In this document: positions 27,701 to 39,700 of the stretch, in pieces
Layout: each line of letters starts with the position of its first letter
How positions within the stretch are numbered: position 1 is the first letter of the stretch
NCBI GenBank assembly: GCA_026770705.1
Contig: JANJGN010000021.1
Coordinates: 90,334,001 to 90,398,000, forward strand
DNA length: 64,000 bases
Direction of reading: 5' to 3'
DNA from: Isurus oxyrinchus
Lineage: Eukaryota
Notes under the pieces: model-generated
What the model saw: only the letters and a program-made list of their open reading frames with translations
Told to the model about the DNA's origin: nothing
Databases searched by the model: none
Made by a program: the position numbers and the translations under genes

Positions 27701-30700
27701 ATAAGAAATAGCAGCAGGAGTAGGAAATAAGGCCACACAAGCTTGCTCCATCATTGAATAAGATAATGGTTAACCTGTTTATGGCATTACCACCACTTCA
27801 CTGCCTCTCCTTACCCCATAACAATTAGTATCATTGTCAATTCAAAATATGCATAACCTTGGATATATTGAATAACTGATCCCGTAGCTCTCTGGGAAAG
27901 GAACATCCAGACCCTAATGACGCACTGAGAGAAGAAATTGGTCCACGTCTCCTACATACATGGCGGACCTCTTATTTAGGAACGGTTCTCGACCCCACCA
28001 TCCAGAGGAATAAAAACCATCCCAGCAATTGGCTGCTAATTCTACTTGGAATCTTATATTTTCAGTAACATTTAAAACATCATTCTTTTAAACTCTGAAG
28101 CATATCGGCCGAACTTGCTCAAACCTGCCTCATCAGAAAAAAAAAACTGATCTTGCTAGGTATTAGCTGATTGAATTTTCTCTGCACTTCTTCAAATGAA
28201 AATATGTCCCTACTTCTTCTGTAAGTTGAAAAACACTGAACAAAGTATCCTAAGTGTGACCTCAAAAATGTTCTCTAAAAATACAACAGGAATTTCATAA
28301 CTTAATATGCCATCTCACTTGTAATAACTGCCAACATTTCGCCTTCCTTCCATGGATCTTGCTGCAATTGCATATTGAATTTTCGTGATTCCTGTACTTG
28401 AAAACCGAGATCCAACTGTTTGCAGCATTCTGCAGTCTCCCCACTTAAATAATATTCTGCTTTTCTATTCTTCCTGCCAAAGTGGGCAACTCTGCATTTT
28501 CCCACCTTATAATACTCCGCCATTATTATATCTACTCAATTAAACTATCTAAATCTGTTTGCATTCTCTTTATATCCTTCTCAGAACTTGATTTCCTACC
28601 TCTGTTCTTAACCGTCTTGCTAGTCTTATTTCATACTCCATTTTTTTAATTTTTACTACTATATTTCAGTTAGCATTCACTGGTTTTTGAGACTTTCCCA
28701 ATGATCTATCCTGCGACTAATGTTACGCATTGCACAAGTTTAGTTTCAATTTAATGCCTATTATGAACTTCTTCAGATTGCCACGGATGTTGTTTACATC
28801 AGATAGAAGCCTTTTTTCCACAGTGTCATTATTTTCTTGAAAGTATGACTTTTAATTCCGATCCAGATTCATTTTAAGCTACCCACGCAATCAATATTAG
28901 GCAAACCTGCCTGTACAACCTTATTGAATTTTAAGGTACTAGTTGTGGCTTCAAATTTCTCACTCTCAAACAGAGTGTGGAATTCGATCATGTTGTGATC
29001 CCTCGCACTGGAAAAGCTCTTTATGATGAAATATTTGAGTAATCCTACCACATTAAACATTTCCAGGTCGAATAACATGTTCCGTCCTAGATTCCAATGT
29101 GTTGTTCTAATAAACTGTCTCGAATACAATATGTAGAATCGTGCTGTAGGCAAACTTTCCCACTGCATGTTGTCCAACAATGTGGAGTCAAGAGTCACCC
29201 ACGAAATTTGCAGTAGGTTTCTCCCAAGCTCGCGTTATGTATTGACTTATGCTCGGCCGAGCTATGTTATCACTGATACGGGGCCCTTACTCTCACTATT
29301 ACCTTATCCCTTTGTTATTTGTTATCTCCATGCAAACTGATTCTACACATTAATTATATGAACCAAGATCATTTCTCACTATTGTATGACCTCATCCTTC
29401 ATTAACACAACTACTTGAACTTCTTGTACTTTCCTCTTGTCCATCCGAAATATCCTTGAATGTCCCTGAATATTCAAGTCCCAGTCTTGGTCAAGTGCCA
29501 CCGAACTTCAGAAAGGCCTTTTAGCAGCTTAATTTATTTATATTTGCAGCATCAATTGATGCATTTTGAGTTGAATGCTGCAAGTGTTCATATAAAGAAT
29601 ATGTAATGCAGTTTCCACCTTTACTTGTGCCTAATCTGACATTGTTTTCTGGTGTGCCGTTATATTTGTAAGCACTCCATCTTCCTGTCACTCTCTGATC
29701 ATCATCACTCGTACATTTACTTTGCATTATCGCCATTTACTTTCTGAATCTTTTATAACATGAAACCACGGCTACTCTTCAGTAACATCCTTTCTGACGC
29801 GCTATTTATATGATCTTCCAGTACGAGGGTCCAAGTTATGTTCACGTGATGGCCAACTCAACACCACCCCTCCCGCTTTCCGCATTGCTAGTTATAGAGG
29901 CCAATATATATTAAGCAACTTCTCTGACACCAAACATTTTGATACTATGCCTGCATTTGCCTTGTTCTGTTCTGTCCATGGCTCCAGTAGAATTTCAGAT
30001 AATATGAAATCCCTAATAAAACTGTGGGCGCCCTGCACTGCATGGGCTGCAGCGATTCAATAAGAGAGGTCACTATCACCTTCTCAAGCTGAATTAGAGA
30101 TGGACAATACATGCTGCTCGAGTTGGCGATGGCTTTATCCCATGAACGAATCGATACATGTTTCGTGGCTCTCATTTTCTTTAAATCTAACAGCATGCAG
30201 TGCATAATCCCTCAATCCGAATGATGTTCTTAGCCCTACCTAAGTCATTTGTCAACTTAAAATGATCCACCCCCTCCCAATCGAAGATAATTTCCATCTC
30301 TATAAATATATCCTTAAGTTGGGAACCTGACAGTCAACACAACCTTGGGACTCACGTTCCCGATTACAGAGAACTGCATCTATTCCCCTAATGACACTGA
30401 CCACACACTAATTCCACCCAATGCGGCTCCACTTTGCCTTGCTCAGCCCTTGCTGCAGTAAATGATCTTGTCCACTTAAGCTACAAACGCCATAAACTTA
30501 TTGACCAGTTGGTAACGCGGGTACACCTCAAAAGCTGCCTTCTGCACCTCTTTATCTCTCTCACTGGCGGTAACACTATCTTGCCCCTGACCACGTAACA
30601 AATTCGAAGCTCCTATCCTAAGGGGTGAATGTTTCCTCCTGGAACAAAGAATCAAGGCGACCTTCAGCCTCCAGGATATTTCAGAGTTTATAATATTCAC

Positions 30701-33700
30701 ACTCTAACTGATCAACTTCGATCCGACGTTATTCAAGCCCCAGACGCTTACTCCAAATGTGGTTGGTTGGAATGACACAAGTGTCCATCAGATCCCACGT
30801 GATGATGCCACAGCACAACTCTTGCCTTGCCATCTTCGCAGAATTTTATTAAAAAAAATATATTTGAAAATGCGATTCAACTCTAATCTGCAGCTACATC
30901 ATCTCACTTTCTAGCTGAGATATCCATTTACCTGAATACTTATATCGAAGCAGTAAATCATTACGCTACTAGCCCAGTTCATAGAGAGAAAAATAAACTT
31001 AAAATAACCAATCGCTGTTCTAACTGTTGACAGGCTTAATGCTTCCATATTTCGGCTCTGATGTCCCACTGCTGGTCACGGGACCCCTTCCTTGGACCAT
31101 TTTCTTATTTCATCTTGTAAAACTCAGAGCAGCACCACCACCTTAATTGCACCCAATTCCGACACTTACCAAATTCCGAAGCTGACACACTGTTTAGTGC
31201 TGCGCTGAGTCACAAACTGATCCCATCATGCATGCTTCATTCCTACACTGAGCAGCATCATCTTTATTTGTACTCGCTGAAATTCTTCAGAGATGAATCA
31301 TGAACTGCTGGCTAGTGAAACCAGTTGCAACTAATCACCTAATTTATAAGTGGTAGCTGTGTCTCCTGGAAGAAGATTGTTTATCCCCGACCAAGTCTGA
31401 AATAAACTTAATTTTAACAGTAAATTGTGAACAAATGCTAGATGCAAACTTGAAACGATCTTAGAAATTATCGATCCGATTTCCCTCATTTGCAAAATTT
31501 CCAATCTGTCCCTCAATCACCACATGCTTGCTTCATGAGCTTAACTAAACCAACAGTGTTTCTGTTAGTTTAAATTCTGCATATCTGAGAAAACGTAGAC
31601 ATAGAATCATAGCAAATAGGAGCAGGAGTAAGCCATTCGGTGTCTGTGTTTGCTACGCCATTCAATATGTTCATGGCTGATCCTCTATGTCAACGACATA
31701 TTTCCATTTTATCTCCATATCTCTTGATTCCTCTAATGTCCAAAAAAAAATAGCAATATCTTTCTTGAATATACTCAGTGACCCGGCCTCCATAGCTTTC
31801 TGTGGTAGAGAATTGCAGAGGTTGTCCACCATCTGAATGAAGACATTTTTCCTCATTTCAGCCCTAAATGTCCTGCCCCATATTCTCAGACTGTGGACTC
31901 CCTACTAGACTCCTCAACCAGGGGAAAGATCCTCCCTGCATCCATTCTGTCCATTCCCGTTAGAATTTTACATGGCTCGGTCATATCGCCTCTCATTCTT
32001 CTAAACTCTAGTGAATACAGTTCATGTCGAATCAATCTTTCCTCGTCTGAAATTCCTACCATGAATGGCCTTCTTGCTAGAGGAACCAATGTGCACTACT
32101 AATGATAGCTGTCTCTGAAGGGGACGGTGGAGTTATTATCCACCGAAAAGGACGGAAATCATATTTAAATTTAACAGTGAGTTAAACTCAAAAGGATAAT
32201 GCAAACTTGAAGAGAATTGAGAAGGAAAATTAACCTTAATATTCCGCTTGAACCCCCTTTCTTCCCAAAATTCCCAGGGTCTCCATGTGTACTTAGCCAG
32301 GAACTGCTTCATTCTTGCTTGCTTAAGATTGTATTATTTTGAATGAGGATTATGTGGTCAACCGTGTGAAAGGCTGAAAAGAAGGAGAGATTAATCGAGG
32401 AGGGATGGAGTATCTTTGTCACAATTTCAGAGTTTAGCAACCAAATGTTTCGACACTGAAATTAGCTGTGGAAATTGTGGGAAGTGATGCAAGTTTGGGC
32501 CTGAATTTTTCAGGCGGCAGGTGCACTAGATGGGAGCCGGTGGCCACGGAGCAGATCACACCTGCGATCTGCTCTGCGCCCCCAGTTCACACAAGCGGGC
32601 AATCTAAGGCCCGTTAAGTGTAAGACATTGTGGCCTGAGCAGGGCCATTGCGCACGGAGGGAGGAGGTGGAGTCGGGGTCCACACTCTTTCCCGCACTCC
32701 AATCTTCTTGAGGCATGGAGTTACTTCAGGAGGATTGATTTAACATTCAAATAAATACATGAAATTATTAAACATTTATTTAAACATGACCCCAAATGTG
32801 ACTGTGTTACATGAGATTGGGCGTGTTGTTATATTTCGGGAAAAAAAAAATAATGCAAGCTTTAGGAAACCCCTCCCCGCTCATGGATGAGGTTTCCTAA
32901 AAAAAAAACGCAAAGCTCGCTAGAGAAATACCAAAGTTCAAGGTTAGGGCGACGGAAGAGTCCTTCAGGTGAGGTATATCCTAGTGAAAATTTGGTTAAG
33001 ACAGAGCTGTGGCATATCTTAATTATAATAACATGTCCTTGTGCTCTTGAAATTTATTGTTGTAGGTGTTCATGGAGGAGGGATTGGAAACTAGGGTTTT
33101 AAAAAAAAGTTTTTTCGAGAGAAAGGAAGATGATCCTTGCTTAACGAACAGTTTTATTAGACGAATGCAGGAAAAAAAAACAGCTTTGTGTAGTCCAGCC
33201 ATATTTGGATATTGATGGTTAAACATTCCATTTAAACACTTTATATCTGTGGCCTCGAAAACAGATGAGGGCGCTTGACGAGAAGCAGCCAGCAGGTGTG
33301 GGAGAGAGAGAATAAGAGAGTTGTGGAGATAGTTGAAAGGGCTAGGGCATCAAGTGTGCGTTTGTACTTAAGTAAATTAGCAAGTGCCTTGGTGAACAGA
33401 GGGCTAAACACAAGACAGTTGGGTTCTGGATGACGTAGTTGTAAGCAAAATGCTTTGTCGCTTTTTTTACCATGTGGATAAAGAAGCAGGTGGGTTTGAA
33501 ATGTGGAAAGAGCTTGCAGATGGAGCGTGCAACAAATGAGTGTTCAGAGATGGCCTTATCTATGATTGATACGGTGGAAGTCGAATATATCCTGAGTTAG
33601 CCTGGCGAAGGGAATGGCTTAAATATGATTCGTGAGTTTACACGGGGACAGACACGAATGATAAGAGGGAAGTGAACTTCAAGCTCCAAGGGAGATTTGA

Positions 33701-36700
33701 GATCTGCGAAAAAAAAGTCCATAGAGATGGAGCTTGAACTTATTGAGGATGAAAGTAAGCTTGCTTCAAGGCAACAAACAGAAGCAGTGAATATATAATA
33801 TTGGAATCCCCACAATATAAAGATAAATCTCGACTTGTTCCAAAAATTTGAGCAAGAAACATCATTCTTAGTTTTGACCGATAGGTCACTTAATGTTCTT
33901 TATATTTACTATGTTTATGTTCCATGTTCTCAGTGTCAGAGGTATTTGTATTATTGCAAATTGATAGCTTACTTTCTGGTGCTTTTATTTTTTTTTTTCA
34001 ATTCAGACCGAAATCTGCGTAAAATGAAAACAGGCGAGTGTAGCAAATTTATTATTTTGACAGACTTCAATATGTAACAGTTTGATTACAACATCGTGCC
34101 CATGCAGTCATTCAGTTCTGCTTTATTCCTAGAAATGGTACGATAACTTGTAAAACATATGGTGTGCATACCCATAAAGATATAAAACATTTTAAGGAGA
34201 AATTTTAAAAGAAAGGTTTCCTTAAGAAAAAAGACACGTGTAACAACATTAGAGATGCCAAGGATCTATCAGGGCAGGGGTGCAGCTTTTGATTCAGTAA
34301 TTCATCAACTAATCTACTTAGGAGGAAATGAACAAAATGAAATCGGACTGAATCCCTACCTACTTGTGCAATGTCGGGCAGTAAATTGATTCCGGCGTAA
34401 AGCGGAAGTTCTGCCTGATTACGCCAAACTTATTGCGAGACAAAATAGACTAAAATGGACTCAAATATCCAATCTTCTTGCTTTCTTTTCATTGTAAAAT
34501 TGTTATTTTACTAAAATTGAGATTGCCCCTGCAGCAGAGCTTGTGCGTTACTTCAGTTTCATTATAAAATCAACCCTTTTTTGAATAATCCTTTTAAAAT
34601 AGCATATCATTGTGATTTAATGTGTTTCTGATTCTTCAATATTTCTTGTTGCTTCCCACTTTGGCACTGGAAGTGGAGCTCTGGTTTCCAGAAAAAATGT
34701 ATCGTGTAGCATAAATTTTTGAAACAGCATGCATAATGGACAATTGAGAGAGACCCTGCCAAGGAAAGTAATCAAATATTTGGAAACACATCTTAGTTGT
34801 ATGATGCGTCTCAGAATTTGATATTGCGGTGCAAAAAATGTCCTGTAGTAAAATTTACAAAATATCCAAATAGCTGTAGGATGTATTCTTTTCTTGATAT
34901 ATTCCTGCTGCATGGAAGTTATTTCTGTAGCTGGGTTGGAAAAGTAAACATTCAGGATATAATATAAGGAGGCAATAATTATTCGTGGTGATAAGCCAAA
35001 ATTGTCACGATCACATTAGTTGGCCAATATCACTTCAATGGCATTCAACTGAAGCACATATCAGACATAGCGTGTTCCGCATATTGCTGTACATGCCTAG
35101 CATATTTTTGATCCTTTCGTCAATTCAGCATTACGTCTCGTCTTCCTGATTGAAGTCAAAATTAGGTTTTCGAATCTACATTCATCAGGACTTCACCTAC
35201 TGCTCATCCCAAGTTTGGAATGTGGATGGAATTTGACCAGTTCTCGTAACAATGAAATGCTTTGCGCATGGTCAAATGGTGCTTCTCATCTGGAAACATG
35301 TTTTGCTTCTGTTGCATCTATTGAATCTATTGTGATTACATAACGCTTTACCGTAATTTCAGAACATAAACAGAAATTAAGGACAGAAGTAAGAGCTAAA
35401 AGTGAATAGTGAACTTCGTTTTAAATTGCACTTTTGCATTAATTTGGCCTTTTTTTTTTAGATTTAGACCAAGCCCATGAAGCTCTGCAGGGTGCAGGTA
35501 AGAAACAGAATTTTCTACTAACTTGGGCACAGGCTTGTCAAGAAAAATACAGTGGAAGCAAATTCCGCACCAAAGTTTTCAGTGCCCAGGCAAATTAATA
35601 ATCATAATCTTGAGGAATAGTAAATTGGTTTCTGTAGAAAGTATACTTTTTGACCACGTCATGTCAATGAACTTGCCATTTCTGTCTGGAACAATAACCT
35701 CTTCCATTAGAACAGATACGTTCTCGGAATTTCACGCTCCATGATCGGGAGGGATCCCGGCTTTACGAGGGGTATTGCCGGACGTGATGCCGTCGGAAAC
35801 CATTTGGACGCCATCACGCCAGTTTCCGATAATATGCCTGGCGAGTGGGGCAAAATACCTGGAACCCGATCGTTATTTAAAGATCAATTTAAAATGCGTG
35901 ATAGAGCGCTGTAATCTTCCTTAGGCATCGAGGTGCTTCAGGGGGATTGAATCAACATTGTAGTAATTCAATAAAAGGATTTAAAATGTATTTAAACATG
36001 TCCCAACGTGTGATTGTCTGTCACATGAGATGGGTCATGTTTTTCTATTTCGGGAAAACAAATTATTTAATACAAGCTTTAGGAAAAGCTTATCCAGCTC
36101 ATGGATGAGGTTTTCTGAAAAACGGAAAGGTCGCTTGGCCTTTTCGCCTGCACATCAACGTTAAGGTTGCATCAACAGTATTAATAGTTACAATAATTAA
36201 TTTGTTAATGGCTTTAATAGATCGTTTACAATTCGGCCGGCAAACAGCTGATTCCGGCGGGCGCCTACCCAACGAAATATCACGGGATGCTTGATGACGT
36301 TGGGACGAACGCCCGACGTCATCGCGAGTCATTTCACGATTTGGTGTCGGTCCCGCCCCTGTACGCCGACTGAAAATTCTGCCCCAAAACCTTCTGGGAA
36401 AACGAGAACATAAATGACACTAAACAAAGCGTTCTATTGATTTGCAGACGAAATGCACATTGAAAATGAGGCTTCAATTTCCATGAATGTCAGGGTTAAG
36501 GGATTTGTTTTTGTATTTACGATAGGGGTGATGAAGCTTTATTTCAAAGATGGAACGAGTGTACCTGAGATCGTTAACAAAATCAGCTAACTTGAAATCA
36601 GGACGGAAGTTGACTCGAAACAACTTAGCGGGGACCTGGTCGAAGAAGCCGGGTGTGAGCTTCATAGACAGAGAGTGTGTAAAGCGAGATGGAACAGAAG

Positions 36701-39700
36701 CCAGAGAAATATCTTAGTTCAAGGTTAGGGCGACGGAAAGAATCCTTCAGCCGAAGTACATCCTGATAGAAATTTGGATCAGAGGGTGCTGTGGCATATC
36801 TTAATGATAATAACATGTCCTTGTGTTCTTCAGATTTATTTCTGTAGATTTTGAAAGAGGAGGGGTTGGAAAGTTTAAAAAAAAACACTTTCTTGGAGAG
36901 GAACGACGATGATCCTTGGTTAATGAGCAGTTTTACAAGACGAATGCAGGAAGCAATTTGGCTTAATGTTGCCCAGCCATAGTCTGTTATTGATGGTTAA
37001 AGAACCGGCTCACTATATCAGTTTAAACCCTTTGTACCTGTGGCCTTGAAGACAGATGAGGGCGTATCAGGGGAAACAGCCAGTTGGTCAGGGAGTGATA
37101 GAGAGGGAAACAGAGAGTTGGGGAGATAGTTGAAGGGGCTAGGGCATCAAGTGTGCGTTTGTGCTTGAGGAAACTAACAGATGCGTTGGTGAACAGAAGG
37201 CTACAAACAACAGAGTTGGACTTTGGATGGTGTAGTTGTGATTGAAGTACCTTGTCGTTTTTGGTTACCGGGTGCATAAAGTTGAAGGTAGGTGTGGAAT
37301 GTGGAAAGATCTTGCAGATGCAGCGTGCAACAAGGGAGTGTTCAAGGATGGTGTTATCTATTATCGATTTGATGGAAACCGAAGATAAACTGAGAAGGCC
37401 AAGCCAAGTGAATGGCTTACACATAAATCTGGAATTTCCTTGTGGATGGAATGGGAAGATAAAAGGGAAAAGATATTCAAGCTCTGAGGGAACTTTGAGA
37501 CGTGCGGACACAGTCCATAGGGATGGAGCTTGAACTTTTTGAGGATGAAAATATGTTTGCTTCAAAGGCAGCAAACAGAAGCAGTGAAGATATAATCTTG
37601 GAAACCGCACGACATAAATTTCGATTGTAACCTTTTTTCCAATAATTTGAGCAAAAAATATCATTCTTAGTTTTGACCAATAGATCGCTTAAAGTTCTTT
37701 ATTTTTACCATGTTTTTATTCAATGTACTCAGTGCCGGAACATATTTTATTATTGCAAATTGATAGCTTTTTTTCTGGTGCTTTTAATTAATTCCTTCAA
37801 TTCAGACCGAATTCTGCGTAAAAACAAAACAGGCGAGTATACTAAATTTAGTACTTGGACAAACTTCAATATTTAATACTTTGACTACATTATCGTGCCC
37901 GTGAAACAATTCAGTTCTGCTTCATTCCTAGAAATGGTACGATAACTTGTGAAACATAAGCTGTGCATTCACATAAAGAGATAAAATATTTTAAAGAGAA
38001 ATTTTAAGTGAAAATAAAGACTCGTGTGACAGTAATAGAGATGCCAAGAAACTAACCGGGAATGGGTGCAATTTATGATTCATTAGCTCATAAACTAAAG
38101 TAGTTTGCAGGGAATTGACAGAATGAAATCCGATTTTGTCCCTACGTACCTGTGCAATTTGGGGCAGTAATTCGACTCCGGTGTAAAAAGGAAGTTCTGC
38201 TTGATTCTGCCGCTCTTATTGCGAGACCAAACAGGTTAGAATAGACTGAAAAATCCCATCCCTTTGCTTTGGTTTTGTTTTTAAATCTTAGATTATTATT
38301 TTACTCAAATTGCGATTGCCACTGTGGCAGAGCATGTGCATTACTTCAGTTCCAGTATAAAATGATCTTTTTTAAAGTAATCACTTTAAAAGAGCATATC
38401 ATTGTGAGACAAACTGATTTGGTTCTTCAGTATTTCTTTTTGCTTCCTACTTTCGGGTTGGAAATGGAGATCTTGTTTCTAGAAAGGATATATCGTGCAG
38501 CATAAATTCTTGAAACAGTATATCATTGAGAGAGACCCCAGCAAGTAAGCCAAGCCAATATTTGGAACAAATGTCACTTGCATGATGTTACTCGGACTTT
38601 GGTATTCTGGTGCAAAGAATGTCCCGCCGCAAAACTTGCAACATATCCAAATAGCAGTAGGCAACATGTTTGTTGACTTTTATTGATGTATTCCTGCTGC
38701 ATTAAAGCTATTTCTGTAGCTGGATTCGAAACGTAAATTTGGCGTAATTCAAGATATATATGGAGTCAATAATTATTCAAATGGTCACGATCATATCAGT
38801 TGATGAATATATCCGCTGCCCAATATCAGTTTAATTGCATTCAACTGAAGTAACTAGCAGATATGGCCTATAAAGGGCGCTGTTCCGCACATTGTACTAC
38901 CGGCCTAGTTTAATTGCGATCCTTTGATCAATACAGCATTATGTCTCGTCTTCCTGATTGAAGTCGGACCAGTTCTTCTAATCCATATTCGTCAATTCTT
39001 CGCATGCTCATGGAAGTATGCATTGCTTCTGTTGCACCTATTAGATCAATTTCTTATATAACGCTTTGCCCCAATTTCAGTACATAAACTGAAATTAAGA
39101 ACAAAAGTAAGACTTAAACGTGAATCCTGAACTTGGTTTTAAGTTGCACTTATGCAATAATTTGGCTTTTTTCATTTTTAGAATTAGACCAAGCCCATGA
39201 AGCTCTGCAGGGTGCAGGTAAGAAACAGAATTTTTTATTAACCTGAATACATGTTTGTTAAGAAAAATACAGTGGAAACAAATCCGCCCCCCTCCACCGC
39301 ACAAAGGTTTCAGTGCCCAGGCAAATTAATAGTCATAATCTTGAGGAATAGTAAACTGGTTTCTGTAGAAAGTACATTTTTTGACCACGTCATATCAATG
39401 AACTTGCCATTTCTGTCTGGAGCAATAACGTCGTCCATTGGACCAGTCATATGTTCTCGGAAGCTCTGCATTGCATGCAATGGACTGAATTTCACGCTCC
39501 ATGATCGGCAAGTTTCCCCGCTTTAGGAGGGGTATTGCGGGACAGGATGCCATCGGATGCCATTTAGACGTCATCACGCCAGTTTCCAATATTATGCCAT
39601 GCGGGCGAGTCAAAATATCGGAAACCCGATCGCGTTATTTAAGCATCAATTTAAAATACGATCAGCTAATCAACTCCGCATCCCGCCTAAATAATATGGC

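Larger units (their letters stand above)
32700..35900 (+). repeat. Tandem duplication block B, copy 1
   Basis: Colinear with about 35915..39660 (e.g. agttcaaggttagggcgacggaa at about 32935 and 36716); exon offsets 3799 and 3720 nt. Confidence 0.9.
35915..39660 (+). repeat. Tandem duplication block B, copy 2
   Basis: As above; retains about 570 nt (about 36130..36700) missing from copy 1. Confidence 0.9.

Noticed and set aside
37023-37664. Longest ORF (213 aa, minus strand)
   Set aside because: Overlaps a decayed L2 fragment; the paralogous copy at about 33250..33860 has stops and frameshifts.
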